Source: Octopus sinensis
Taxonomy: Eukaryota
DNA: 64,000 nucleotides
NCBI RefSeq assembly: GCF_006345805.1
Contig: NC_043005.1
Coordinates: 3,534,001-3,598,000 of the forward strand
Direction of reading: 5' to 3'
Positions 25,236-40,040 of this stretch are shown here, piece by piece (positions within the stretch are counted from its first letter, which is position 1; each line of letters begins with the position of its first letter). Under the pieces are notes generated by a model, which saw nothing but the letters and a program-made list of their open reading frames with translations, was not told the DNA's origin and searched no databases. The translations under genes and the position numbers were made by a program.

Positions 25236-26657
25236 GTTCGTTCAATTCTCTTCTTGTCATCATTATATTATTGGTTTTCTAACTAATATCGCCCTATTCA
25301 TTTCTAATATTGACAAAATACCGTAAATTTAGAAGGTTATAACGTAACCGTTCTTATCGACCGCAAGTACTCGACTAATATTTTAGTTTAGCGACCCGGG
25401 AAAGAGTATAACTACACTTTAGGGCCCCATCCACTTTTTCTTTTCCTTATGTATTTGATATTTTATAAATATATTTTTGAGGGTATATATTACGATTATG
25501 TTGATAAGATTAAAGTGGAAAGCAAAATTTTTACCAAAGTTTTTCGGATCGTTTTCTCCCTGCTCCGATTTTTTTTTTATTCCATAACTCTCTATAAAAT
25601 GCATATTTTCAAAAGACATTTTGCAGAACTACATTTTATTGAATACATTTTAGTGTTGATGTTTGAAGCTTGTAAGCTTGATAAAAGAAAACGAAAAGTG
25701 CAAAACTTAACAGAATTCGGTAACAAAATTGGGACAGAGAGATGCGAAAACGACCCAAAATTTCAAAATTCTTTTTCTAATATATATATATCATCAACAT
25801 AATCGTATTTGACACTCTCGAAAGCGTATCTGCAAAATTTCATTGCAGTATATGCATTTTTCAAAAAGTTATGAGGAAACAAAGTCGTGAGGGTAGAGTA
25901 CCACAACGGACCGGCGAAATCAACTTCAGCGGGATTTGAACTCCGAGTGTAAAAGTAACCAAAAAAAAAAAAAAAAAATCGTGATTCTGCAAATAACCTT
26001 CCGAATATTGCTATTAAATATACTTTCAGTTTAAATTTACTTGTTTACAAAAATATCAAGTTTTTAATGAGAGGAGGAGTGGATCGCCAAGGATTCCGGT
26101 TTAAGCATTCTTTACACCCCTCAGAACTTTTCCAGTTTTTTGGAATTTTCTGAAAATTTTTGCGAATTTGTATTCTACACACGGAAATTCATTTAGGAAA
26201 GAAAATTGTGTGAAAAAATGAAAAAAAAACTGTGATTTAAGTGCGATTTAGCTGTTGTTTTTAGCACATCTCACGACCACCTGATACCTTCCTCGTTTCG
26301 TTGTCACTCTGACATGTATTGATGTTTTTTAACATTTTTCTCTCCCATAAACACATTTTATGGAATGATAATGCACTTAAAGGGGGATCCATTGCTGGAA
26401 TATCAGAGATCAGGTTGTGTTATAGTCCCTGTTTGTAACCAGAGGCGTTCCAACCGTGACTATACCGTCTTATCAAATTAGTGATTTTATTTAATTAGTT
26501 CTTCATATGAACATTGCATTTATCTTTGTGTAGAGGGCAATTTCAGATGGTGCCAGCCAGAGTCTAATGACAGGAACAAGTAAAAGACAGTCCCAACTGG
26601 AGCACTCATAAGTTCGTTATTCAAGAAGTGCTTATGAACATCACATCTTGCCTTTAA

Positions 26658-26880
26658 CCCTTTTTTTTTACTGTATTTCTGTTGAGATGCTCTGTGTTTC
26701 TTTAAATTACTTTAAATATAACAAAGAATTTAGTAAAATAACTTAGTTATCATTCAGCTAGTGTTAGGAACATAAATTGTGACTAAGGTCTGGTGGAGGA
26801 TTTTAATTCAGAACTTATGAAAACAAGACATTTGTACTACAGAGCCAGAGCCGGTTTCAGCCGGGTTGGTAACGAAAGGG
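26658..26880 (+). mobile_element. piggyBac-type MITE (223 bp)
   Basis: TTAA on both sides, CCCTTT...AAAGGG termini. The same family occurs at 54136-54347(-), about 54925-55143(+) and truncated at 55164-55240. Confidence 0.85.
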
Positions 26881-27344
26881 TTAATCTCAATCTCTCTCTC
26901 TCTGCATGATTAAAATTTGTTTTTTTTTGGGAGAATAGAGTCGGAAATTATCTAGTGCCCCACCCTCCCATAAAAAAAAGAGGAAAAGCTATGTGATGAA
27001 TGTTGATGTTTTAAGCCTCATAAATTACAGTTCTGCCAAAAAAAAAAAAAAAAAACCAGTAATTTTAAAAATTTTCCTTTAGCCAAAAAGAGTGGATTTT
27101 TTTACACCCACTTTTCCTCTCTTCCAGTAATTTTTCAGTTTTGACTTTTTTTCCTCCAAAAGAGTTACTTTAGATTTATATTTTTAAAAAAAGGTTATGC
27201 AAGGTGCAGGCATGGCTGTGCAATAAGAAGTCTGCTTCCCAACCACATATTTTCCCGGTTCAGTCCCGCTTTGTGGTGCCCTGGCCAAGTGTCTCTATCC
27301 TTGGGCCAATCAAAGCCTTGTGAATGGATTTGGTTGATGGAAAC

Positions 27345-27587
27345 CGTGGGCATATGGCGCAGTGGTTAAGAGCGCGGGCTACTAACCCCAAGATTCCGAG
27401 TTCAATTCCGGGCAGTGACCTGAATAATAATAACAATAATGATAACATCGAAAAATACCTTAGAAATGAGAACCCAGGTTCGAAATTTCCCTAAGTCATC
27501 TGATGAAGGCTGGAGGGTATATCAGCCGAAATGTTGTGTCAACAACAAACAAGATGAGGACAAATATCCGTCGAATGTAAATAATGT
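27345..27587 (+). mobile_element. tRNA-headed element with hammerhead-like tail, inserted into a CORE-like SINE
   Basis: A box TGGCGCAGTGG, CTACTAA loop, B box GTTCAATTCC, (AAT)n linker, CTGATGA at 27500-27506 and GAAA at 27528-27531. The host SINE resumes (ggaaac|...|tgaaagaa). Confidence 0.8.
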
Positions 27588-30500
27588 GAAAGAATGTATG
27601 TGTGTTTGTGTTTGACAACCAGTGTTGGTGTGTTTCTGTCTCATAACCTAGCAGTCTGGCAAAAGAGACCAGTAGAATAAATACCAGGCTTTAAAAAATA
27701 AATAGGGAGGGGGCGTTCATTCAGCTAAAATTCTTCAAGATGCTGCCCCAGCATGGCCACAGTCTAATGACTGAAACAAGCAACAGAATAAAAGATATGT
27801 TTGATGAGTCATTAACTCATGTTTGAAATAAATCTGGAAAAAAAAAGTATATTTTTCAAAATCCAGTCAAAACTGAAAGAGTGCAGAAAAGGTGGTGGGA
27901 TGAACAAAAGAAATCTCCCCTCCTCCCCAACATGTACGGAGAGAGTTAGACAGAGAAGGATACATAAGCAGAGATGAATAGCAGGCTCATAACTTGCACC
28001 ACTCCAAACTCGTGCTGAGCTTTTTGGTGCACTAGAGAATTTCCGACTCTATTGTATAGGAACCCTAACGTCCAATTGGAACTTTCACTTACAGTGCTGT
28101 CAGCACACCAGTTCTGGTCCCTGTATCTTGTTGTTTAATCACAGGTCAGCTCTAACAAAAAGCATCCAACCATGACAATAGAGAACGATTCTACTGGCCT
28201 ATCATCTGAGTGTCTCCTTTTTTTCCTTCGGTAGAGGTTCTCTTCTATCTCAGACTGCAGCCATGCAGGAATGGCTGTGTGGTAAGGATTCTTAGTCGAA
28301 TGATTTGATCCCAGTTCTTTTTCAATTCTAAGCCTGATATTTATTCTGTCAGTCTCTTTGGCCAAACCACTAAGTTGCAGGGACACAAACACACCAACAC
28401 TGATGTGGTGGTGGTCATACAAGCACATGATGGGCTCCTTTCAGTTTTCAAATCCACCCACAAAACCTGTGAGCTATAGTAAAAGACACTTGTCCAACGT
28501 GCCACACAGTTGGACTGAACCTAGAACCATGTGGTTGGGAACTAAGCTTCTTACCACTCTGTCTTCAGTACTGGGTACTTTGTACGTAGGCACCATCACC
28601 AGTGCTTTTTGAATGGTAGGGGATGAGATGTGGGGTTGGGGTGTGACATAGCCCAGCCCCTTATGGATAACATTACCAAGATGGTTTTAGGATATCGATT
28701 CTGTTTTGGTGGATGGGTCTTCTTGAGTAGAGCAATGTGCCGCCATACAAGTGGCTATTGAAAATTTCCTGGTTTTTTGTAAAAGAAAATACATGAGGTT
28801 CAGTTAATTATGATTTTATGCAACCATGAAGCCAAGTGGAATCCTAGTTGTGGCCGAAGCTGGTGTCACGTAATTGGGACTCATGTCAGTGGTATGTAAA
28901 AAGCACCCTTTGAACATTGGGCCTCACAGAGGCAATGACTAGTGACTGAGACTTTTGGCAATATACCATGCTTGAGAAGACCCCCCCCATCAAGCCAAGT
29001 GAAATCATAGTCATAGCTGATGCTGGTGGCATGTAAAAAGCACCCACTACACTCTTGGAGTGGTTGGCGTTAGGAAGGGCCTCCAGCCGTAGAAAACCCT
29101 GCCAAATCAGACTGGAACCTGGTGCAGCTTACCAGTCCTCAGTCAAACTGTCCAACCCATGCCAGCATGGAAAGCAGATGCTAAGTGATGAGGATGAGGA
29201 TTTCCCTCTCAGATTCACACACTTATAGCAGCTGTCCTTCAGTTTTTCTAATCCCTGTAAAAGAGTTCGGAAGGTTGGGCCTCCAGCCAGGCCTTTCACA
29301 ATACCCTTAAAACTAGGAGCTTTTCAGTACCCCCTCATGTTGCTCCTTTGTCATCTCCTTTCTAAATCTCAGTATTTAAATTAATTTTATTTAATTTAAC
29401 GTTACATGTTTAAATACGATAGATAAGGTTCCCACTTTCTAACCTTTAACCCAACACTAGACACAGTTTAACAGAGGCACACCCTTATGTTGTTCTCAGT
29501 TGACAGTCTTGTAGGGAATTTGGTTTTGGGTTATAAACATTGCCGTGAACCCTTCTTTACAATGATGAATAGATTAAAAGAGTAAAAAACTCTTCACACA
29601 TTTTGCAGACCCACAAGTTGCATTTAATTGATTGTTAACTTCTAAATTCTAATGTTTTTTTTTTTCTCAAACTTTGTGTTTTCTAGTTTGGGAACCCCTG
29701 CCCTACAACATACAAGCCCCTCTATTATAATTAGGTTCTATGTTGGAGCAAAGTAATAGTTGAGGATATAACTACACTTTGATGCCCCACCTCATAACTT
29801 TCTAAAAGATGCATATTTGTAATGAAATTTTACTAAGATACATTTTCAAGAGTGTCAACGATAATTATGTTGATACAATTCAGGAAAAAGAGAAAATAAT
29901 TTGGGGGCAACTTTTGGATCATTTTCTCTTTCCCACCAACTTCTTCACCAGTTTCTGTAACTTGAGCATTTTTCAATTGTTTTTGGGTTTTTTCTGTCTA
30001 CAGGTTTCTATGTTTTGAAACGCCAGCATTAACATCATTTCTTACAAACGTATTTCTACAAAATGTCATTTAAAGAGAGTTTTGATAAACCAAAATTTAG
30101 GAGGATGAGAAAGAATAATCCAAAACTTTCTTCTCTGCTAAAATTGTTTAGCCCTTGGTTGATACAGATTGAGCATACCTATAATGAAAGACAATCCAGC
30201 TGTGATCATTCCAGTTTTTTTTTTTTTTCTTTTTCCACACACCATATCCACTCACAATGCTTTGATCATCCTGGGTGCTATCATAGAAGACCTTTGCGGC
30301 AAGTGTTTTGTACCCTAACACTCAGATGACCGTAGCATTGCGAGTGGATTTGGTAGAGAGGAAACTGAAAGAAGCTTGTCATGATATCATATGATCTCTC
30401 TAGACAGGTGTTACTGTCATACAAGTGATGTTGTTAATTTCTGAGGAGCATGTCTGGCCATGGGGAAGTATTACCTTACTTGGAAACGGGCAAGGGTTGG

Positions 30501-31671
30501 TGATAGGATGGACGTCTGGCCAGAGAAGGTCTTCCTCAACAAATTCTGTTTGCTTCATGCAAGCAGGAAAATGTGGATTTTAAAACAAAGATGATGAGTC
30601 AACTTCGTATAGACTCCTCGTTTCACATTTAAACCAGCCGCATCCAACCAAAATAGTCTACCCGTTTTATGGTCAAGCTGGCCAGATTCATTCAGCCTCT
30701 CAATGTCATTCTAAAAATAAACAGCCACACCAAAGCGAGGAAATAATGTATGCTTAACCCTTTAGCATTTAAACTGGCCACCATATCCGGGCCAGATATT
30801 CTCTCTGTTTTGATGTTCAAACCAGTCAGATCCAGCCTCTCACACTTGCCCTGCAATGTCATTCTAAAGATCTACAAATACGTCATCAATATTGTAATGC
30901 TAAATGATTAATTCAAAACAATGTGAATAAATAAAGCATTGCATTTGACAGAGTAATTTGACTGCTAAATAGTTAATACACAGCTTCTTAAAGCAGCTAA
31001 ATCTGCTTTTCTTTTTCCCTTTCTTCATCTAACTAAACCACTAAAAATGATACAATCTGGGTTGTATAATTCAACCTCTTTTATTTTCCCTAACAACACA
31101 GGCATAGCTGTGCGATTGAGAAGTTTGCCTTCCAACTTCGTGGTTTCAAGTTCACCCCGTGCAACAACACAGGCAAGTGTCTTCTATAGCCTTGAGCTGA
31201 CCGAAGCCTTGTGAGGGGATTTGGTAGAGGAGAAACTGAAAGAAGCCTATCATGTGCATGTTTATATCATCATCGTCATCATCATCATTTACTGTCCACT
31301 TTTCCATGCTGGTATGGGTCAGATGGAATTTGTTGAGGCAGATTTTCTTGGTGCCAACCCTCACCAGATTCCAAGCAATACTATGTTTCTGCAAGAGGCA
31401 GAAATTTTAACAGCTAGGTCCATGATCCACTTCCAATCCATTTACAGAGGAAACATTTCTTTTCGATTCCCTTATGTTGATGATGCCAATACCAAATTCT
31501 CGAGCCTCATAAATTCCAACTTCCACAAGAACATCTACCCAAGTCTTCAGCATGGTTTTAGTTGAAATTTCTACTTATTTTCCATATTTAATAAAAGATG
31601 ATGAAATCCTATCAAGACTGGCCTGACTGGACATGTCACGGTACCCTGGGTCAACTCTTTCCCTACCATTA

Positions 31672-31996
31672 CTAATAACAGTCCATGAAAAGCCATTTCA
31701 CTGTTGATCTAAGACATTGTTTCTCCTGGGAGTGGACGTGGCTGACCAGACCGATGCGACAAGATAGGCACATCCTGCAACACTGACCGGTACTAAAAGA
31801 GACCCTGAATAACAGCTGCAGGCAGGTGATGATGACGTCCCCTCCTCTCTTCAGACAGTCTCCTGCATTTGGTTTCAAAGTATTCTACCCCAGCACCACA
31901 CATGGACATCTGTGCCTTCCGATTAACAAAGGCCCCAACCAATTGGGAGGGACACTGTATAAAATGAGACAGCTTGAGATGACCATGTATGTCCAA
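31672..31996 (-). mobile_element. RTE-group LINE C-terminal fragment
   Basis: EERRGR followed by CxxCxSRIGLVSH-like C2H2 motif (CRMCLSCRIGLVSHVH), frameshifted. Confidence 0.6.
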
Positions 31997-33984
31997 TGTA
32001 AGTTTTGGACATACATTGTTATATTTCTATTGAAATACAGTGATTTTATTTCAATTAATTTTGAAGATAATGGCTTGTTTAATAAAATAATTTTGTCCAA
32101 CCCATGCCAGCATGGAAAACGGACGTTAAATGACAATGATGATTAATCTAATATTTTATGGCAGAATCATTACCACCCCAGGCAAAATGCTTGATGTTCT
32201 GAGTTCAAATTCAGGGTCAATAAAATAAGTAGCAGTTGGTCACTGGGGTCAGTGTAATCAACTTAGTCCCTTCCCCAAAATTGATGGCTCTCTGCCAAAA
32301 TTTGTAACCGTTATTCATCTGGTATTAACATGAAAATTTGTTGGAAAGTTTTAATTTAGATCACCTTTAAAATGGAACTTTATATCATAGAACTAAGGGT
32401 TTCCTCAGTCAGGTTGCTATGAAAAGGGTTCATCTTTTATCATCATCATCGTTTAATGTCTGTTTCCCATCCTGGCATGGGTTGGACGATTTGACTGAGA
32501 ACTGGCAAGCCAGGTGGCCGCACCAGACTCCAATCTGATCTGGCAGAGTTTCTACAGCTGGATGCCCTTCCTAATGCCAACCACTCCGAGAGTGTAGTGG
32601 GTACTTTTTATGTGTCACCAGCACGGGAGCCAGTCAGGTAACACTTGCATCGACCATGTTCAGATGGTGCTTATTGTGTGCCACCAGCACGAGAGCTAGT
32701 CAGGCAGCACTGGCATTGGCCATGTTCGGATGGTGCTTTTTACGTGCCACCAGCACGGGGAGTCAGTCAGGCGGTACTGGCAACGACCCACACATAAATA
32801 GTGCTTATTGTGTGCCACCAGCACAGGGAGCCAGTCAGGTGGCACTGGCATTGGCCGCAACTGCAATTTCCATTTGGTTTTGATTTGATTTTTGCTTTTA
32901 GGCTATTTTAATTCGTTATCCTCAAAGTATTAGTTCAGTGATTCTCTCTCAATTAAAACTGTTTTGCTCCTCATCTTTAACGAAGTCGCTCTCTTCCAAT
33001 CATGTCTTCCCTATCAATGTCAATGCTCTCTCGCACATTAGCTCCGACCACTGTTCTGCTTCTTCTCTCTAATTGTTCTGCTATAGCCTTTGGTGCTTCT
33101 ACCAACACAATTTTAACATTTGTTTTCTGTAGCCATGTATTTTGCACGAAGCTAGAAATTTAGTTAGGGCACTAACACTAATGGGGTGGGATGGGGGGTC
33201 TGTGAATAACTTGGTCAAGCATTTCCTGTTCAGCAATTTTTTCCCCATAATGACTCATTGATGCCATTAAGCTTTATTTAGAAAGAAATCCTTGTCTGTT
33301 ATCATTACATCTCTTTTCTTTTGGTAATTTGATGTCTGGTATTACCCATTGCAAGATATTAACATTGTTATTTAGATACTTGAGCAATCCTGATTGACTG
33401 CACGTGTGACACAAGGCATTTTTAATGTGACTACATCATCTTTTGAAGTGTCTCTTTTTTGGGTTTTTTTTTTTTGTCATAGAACATTTAGTACTTCATG
33501 GCTGTGAGCTATGGTTTTAAGTTCAGCCCCATTGCGTAACTTCTTGGGTTAATAATGTCTTCTACTATAGCCCTGAACCAACTTAAGCCATTTGGCAGGA
33601 TTTGGTAAAAAAATAGAATTTCATGTTACTTATAGACAAATGTTTCACCAGCAAACATAGCGTATGCACAGGTTCAAAACCATGATAGGAACTGAGAAAA
33701 AGAACCCCACAATAAAACCATCATGACACGAACATGCCATTGCCTAACTTTAGGAACACTGCACCAATGACTGTATAAAATATGGGAGTTTTTCCCTTAC
33801 AATAATAGAAGATACTTGCCCATGGTGCCATGTAGTGGGACTGAACCTATAGTCATGTGGTTGCAAAGCAAACATCTTACCACACATCACATATGGGCCT
33901 AATGTGGTGATTAATGATTTAAAGTCTATTCTCAGCATATTGGCATAGAAATCTTTTTTTCTTTTGCCCTTGTTTATAATTGTA

Positions 33985-34059
<75 letters not shown>

Positions 34060-36369
34060 TTCCAGGTTCAGTCCCACTCCATGGCACCTTGGGCAAGTGT
34101 CTCTTACTATTCTAAAAACTCAGCTTGTTGGAATGTTCTAAGAGGCGCTAAAGTTGTCAAGAACTCAACGGTCATCATCATCATCATCATCATCAAACAC
34201 ATTTGAAATCTGAGGGTTACTCAATGTATGAAAGCACAGATTTAACTTTATAAGCATTACAAACTATTTTTGTTAATGTTAAAATACCATAATGGAAAAC
34301 ATGGAAACCAGACCATGTTTTAACTTTATTCAACTGATACTACCTACCTACCTACCTACCAGGCATTCACAAAGGAATAGAGACAGACAGACAGACTACC
34401 TGAAAACTATGGAAATATTTACATATTCAAAGACTATGAAAATATCTACAAAACGTTTCACTTAATTTATTTCTCCAATTTAATTGTTTTTCTTGTTTTA
34501 CACTTAGTTGAAAAAGTCTAAAAAGACAGAAACCGGTACTAAAATGTACTTCCTGATAAAATTATTTTAGCATTTTCTACTTTGTCTTATTTTCCTTATA
34601 CACACACACACACACACACTCAATTGCATATACATAAATAGCAGGCTTCTGTATAGTTTCTCTTTACCAAATATCACTCAACTAGCGTTTTCCGACTTGA
34701 GGCTATAACAATAGGGAACACTTGCCAAAAGCATCCCACTGTACATTTGAACCCTTAACCACATAAAGTGAAGTCTTACCAACTTGCCATACCCAGATAT
34801 ATTGTTTTATTTAGAAAGAAGAAAGAAATTTAATTCCTGGTGGGTATAATTATTTAGACAAAGTATAACAATCATTTCAAATTTAAAAACCTGTTTAAGA
34901 TAAAAAAAAAAATGGAGACTGGTGGTGTGTGTGTGGGGGGCACCTTTGTTTCTTATGAAATGCATTCTACGCATTTTGTTTTGAAGCATCTGATCCAAGT
35001 GATAACCTGCCGTGCAACATTTGCTGGTAAGTACTATGACCTACATCTAGCAGCTGTAGTGAACAGAATTCCATTGTTGTTAGGGAAAATCTCTTGCAGA
35101 GCTGGCCATAACGAGAAAAGGTGTGTGTGAGTGAAAGTATCAGCATTTTGCAGGAAACGACTCTCTTTGAATTTATATTCACACTTCAACTGCTCCGGTT
35201 CTCCTATCAGCTTCAGACAGGCATGCGACTCCTTACACATATTCACATGCACCAAATTCAGCAGTTTATAAAGTCTGGCCTGACCTAAAACATTGCTCAG
35301 TTTCTAAACTTCACATCTCTCTCTCGTATCTAATCATCAAAAGTATTTATTCTTATCAAACTAATTACTTGGACAGGAGTTCCTTAATAAAGATTTTATG
35401 GCCTCAGAAGCTGTTTTATATGAAACTACAGGCACGGCTGTGAGGATAAGGGTTCAATCCCACTGTGTGGTGGCTTGGGCAAGTGCCTTCTACAATAACC
35501 CTGGTCTGAACAAAGCCTCGTGGCTGGATTTCGTAAATGGGAACCGAAACAAGTCTGTCATGCATGTGTGTATATACACACACACACACACACACACGCT
35601 AATATCAAACTGAGAATGGGTGGCCAACACTGCATTGGTGGATAAACATTCTTTATTTGTGGGTTAATGAGGCCACCAATGGTTTCATTTGATGGGTTAA
35701 AGGGATCTCAATTAAAACCTTCCATCAAAATTTCTCTCCTAAACACACCCGATTAATAACTTCAAAGTTATTCTTCTAAATTTTTCATAATTTTCAAAAT
35801 TGATTGAAACAAAGTTGGTGTATTTCACCAGAAATGTGGTCCCAAAAGGGGTTAAAGTGAACACCTTGTAAAAGCTCAGTAAATGTGTGTGTGTATCACC
35901 ATCATCGTAATGTCCACTTTTCCATACTTGCATATTTTTTTGTCTTCTACTTGTTTTAGTCATTAGACTGGCCATGCTGGGGCACCACCTTGAAGAATTT
36001 TTAGTCGAATGAATCGACTGCAATACTTACATTTTTTTTTTTAGCCTGGTAATTATTGTATCGGTCTCTTTGGCTGAACCGCTAAGTTACAGGGATGTAA
36101 ACACACCAACACCGTTTGTGAAACGGTGGTGAGGGACAAACACAAGCACACACACTTACACAACTGGCTTCTTTCAGTTTCCATCTATCAGATCCACTCA
36201 CAAGGCTTTGGTTGGCCTGAGACTATAGTAGAAGACACTTGCCCAAGGTGCCACTCAGTGGGACGGAACCTAGAGCCATGTGGTTGGGAAGCAAACTTAT
36301 GCAGCCATACCTGCTGATAGCTATATAACGATAATATAGAAAATTTCTTAGTTTTTGCTGAATAAAATA

Positions 36370-36540
36370 GGTGTAGGAGTAGCTGTGTGGTAAGTAGCTT
36401 GCTTACGAACCACATGGTTCCGTGTTCAGTCCCACTGCATGGCACCTTGGGCAAGTGCCTTCTACTATAGCCTCAGGCTGACCAAAGCCTTGTGAGTGGA
36501 TTTGGTAGACGGAAACTGAAAGAAGCCTGTCATATATATG

Positions 36541-36571
<31 letters not shown>

Positions 36572-36772
36572 CTGTGTTTGCTCCCCCACCCACCCAACAC
36601 CGCTTGACAACTGATGTGTTTGCGTCCCCGTAACTTAGCGGTTCAGCAAAAGAGACCGATAGAATAAGGACTGGGCTTACAAAGAATAAGTCCCGGGGTC
36701 GATTTGCTCAACTAAAGGCGGTGCTCCAGCATGGCCGCAGTCAAACGACTGAAACAAGTAAAAGAGTAAAGA
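36370..36772 (+). mobile_element. Near full-length copy of the CORE-like tRNA SINE
   Basis: Colinear with 8605-9040. Sits head-to-head with a - strand copy at about 35940-36310. Confidence 0.85.
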
Positions 36773-37356
36773 AAGTAAGATAGATAGATGTGTGTGTGTG
36801 TGTGTGTGTGTGTAATCTTAATAAAAAAAACTGAAAAGTGTCTTAGTCATGTGGTCAGAGTAAACATTTTGGTAATGAGATAGTGGAAGATACTTCAGAG
36901 GTTCTAAACGGAATTTCTGACATGAGAAATCCTAAGTATGGTGCCTGTGTCAGCTTGTTATTATGCATGTACAAGGCATTGTGCATCTGCTGCAGTACTG
37001 TAAAGTGCAAAAGTTTGTGTGAAATGTGCAATGCCAGAAGAGAGAAACATCCTGGTGAGATCCGATGCCTTGTTACATCCTCTTTTCTACATCTCTGACA
37101 CTGGAATGTGTGTCTACACACAAAAGGCGGCCAGCTGGCGGAAACGTTAGCACGGCGGGCGAAATGCTTAGCGGTATTTTGTCTGCTGCTACGTTCTGAG
37201 TTCAAATTTTGCCGAGGTCTACTTTGCCTTTCATCTTTTCGGGGGTTGATTAAATAAGTACCAGCTACGCACTGGGGTCAATGTAATCAACTTAATCTGT
37301 TTGTCCCCTCTGTGTTTAGCCCCTTGTGGGCAATAAACAAATAAGCACACACACAC

Positions 37357-37782
37357 CAGTGGCATGGCTAGGGTAAACTGCACCCAGGGCAAGCTACAAA
37401 AATGCGTTGCCGCTGCTTCCTCCCCCACCCCACCCCGCCATTTCAAAATCCACGATGTTATATAGTAATTATTTTAGGAATAAATACTTACCAGGGTTCC
37501 TTTACCTGCCAGTTCGGCACAACCTGGAATTCAGTATATATTTTGTGGATGTTAACTTTTACAAAACCTCTTTATTTTCACCGTTTAATGCACCGGCTTC
37601 CTCGATAGAAACATTCAAAAAGCCTAATGTGGGAAATGAGGTGTAATTATAGAAAAAAACATACAATTGTTTAAAGTCTCCTCTCTTCTTTCTTGCTTTT
37701 GATGAGGTGTCCCCCCCTCCCCGCCTTCAATAGGGCCTGGGGTACATGCCTCCTTTGCCCCCTGCCCCCTAGTTATGCTACT

Positions 37783-37783
<1 letters not shown>
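37357..37783. mobile_element. Probable hAT-type MITE
   Basis: CAGTGGCATGGCTAGGG at the left end and degenerate CCCTAGTTATGCTACTC at the right end, inserted in (CA)n. Confidence 0.5.
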
Positions 37784-37814
<31 letters not shown>

Positions 37815-40040
37815 CCAGGCTTACAAAAAATTTTGTTGTCAATTTGTTTGAGTGAACCCTGGGCCATGGCTGCCCCTGTAGTATTGGTGCCATTAGAAAA
37901 GCAATCAGTTGATTCATTCGAGTGGTTGGGGTTAGGGAAAGCAGTGACCTGCAGATACAGGGCCAAAAATGAATCTCATGAGCAGAATACAGTCCCATGG
38001 CCCTTCTAGATGAGTAGTGGCCCCGAATATGCAGGGATTCTGGCTGGTGACCCATCCAACCTATGCCATCATGGAAAAACACACATAATCAGGGAACATA
38101 TATGGATACATATATATATATATATCTTTTGCTTGTTTCAGCCTTTGGAATGTGGCCATGCTGGGGCAACCCCTTCGAGGGTTCAGTCAAACAAATCGAC
38201 CACAATGCACAATGCTTTATTTCTAGGCCTAGTACTCATTCTATTAGTCTCTTTTTGCCTAACCTGTAAGTTACAAGGACATAAACAAACCAACAGCAGT
38301 TGTCAAGCAGTGTTGGAGGACAAACTCAAAGACACAATAGGCTTCTTTCAGTTTCCATCTACCAAATCTGTTTACTAGGTTTGGTCAGCCTGGGGCTATA
38401 GTAGAAGACACTTGCCCAAAGTGCCATGCAGTGGGACTGAACCCAAAACCAAGTGGTTGGGAAACAAGCTTCTTACCACACGCCCACGTCTGTGCCTAGA
38501 AAGAGCAGCCAACAACTGATGAAGGGTCGTTCTTTATGTTGTTGTTTTTTTTTGTTTTTCATTTGTGTCTTTCATTGTTCAAAAGAATAGTTCATGTTCC
38601 ATGTACTCATGCATCGTACTTTTTTGTTGTACACATTTCGTGACATCCTCTGCCCACATATGCATATACATATATATATATATGTGTGTGTGTACGTATG
38701 TAACCTACACCAGTGTCACATAACCAGCCCACTGAAAAGTACCTTGGATCATAGGGTGACGTGCTGTGCTTGAGGAGATTTATTGAGTCATATATATCAA
38801 CATCAACAGCAATATCAAAATCAAATCAAATGGAAATTGTAGTTGTGAGCCCCGTGCCGGTAGCACATAAAAAGCACCATCTGAACGTGGCCGATACCAG
38901 TGCCTCTTTGACTGGCTTCTGTGCCATTGGTACGTAAAAAGTACCATCTGATTGTGGTCGATGCCAGCTCATCTGGCCCCTGTGCCGGTAGCACGTAAAA
39001 AGTCCTCACTACACTCTCGGAGTGGTTGGTGTTAGGAAGGGCATCCAGCTGTAGAAACACTGCCAGATCAGATTGGGGCCTAGTGCAGCCTCCTGGCTTC
39101 CCAGATCCCAGTCGAACCGTCCAACCCATGCCAGCATGGAAAACGGACGTTAAACGGTGATGATGATGATGTATGCATGTATGTTTGCTTGCTTTTTTAG
39201 TGAGTAACTGTTTATTAACTTTTACACGAGAAACATTGACAGTAGCCTCAAAACTTTGGCTTTTAAACATTAACACACACACACACACACACACCCCTGG
39301 AAAAACCCAATCTAAAAATTCTGCTGTTATCACTATCATCTTTTTCACATCCGGTTTTTCTCTTGCTTCTGTGATTTTGATGTGTGTATTGTGTATGTCT
39401 GTGTGTCCTGCGCAGGAAGGAATGATGCTACTTGGTAAGAATCTCTCTCTCACACACACACAAACACACACACACACACACATACAAATTTATCTCATTA
39501 GTGATATTATAAAATAGATGTCCTGCTTTTGTGATGTGTGACAAATTTGTTAAATTAGAGTTGTAATACATATCACTAATGAGCTATTAATGAAACAGAA
39601 CTCCCTTCCTGCCTCATCATCCTTTTCCCAACTTCTAAATTAATAAATCTAAAATAACCGCCTCGACTGGCACGTAAAAAGCACCAACCGATCATGACCG
39701 TTGCCAGCTTCGCCTGGCACATAAAAAACACCCACTATACTCTCGGAGTGGTTGGCGTTAGGAAGGGCATCCAGCTGTAGAAACACTGCCAGATCAGACT
39801 GGAGTCTGGTGCAGCTTCCTGGCTTCTCAGACCCCAGTCGAACCGTCCAACCCATGCTAGCATGGAAAGCAGACGTTAAACGATGATGATGATGATGTAA
39901 CCATTTTGACTTTGAGTACATGTCTATTAGTATTTCGATTAAAGCACATTTACCCTTTACGCTACCTGTAACGACAGGTAACGACATAATTTCCACTGGA
40001 TCCTCGTCAGGGAATCTGCAGTGTTTGTTGAGTTTATAAC

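Noticed and set aside
27348-27420. Functional tRNA gene
   Set aside because: The T stem has two mismatches, the acceptor stem is poor, and the sequence is the head of a dispersed repeat. The same applies to the heads at 20766, 43066 and 44163.
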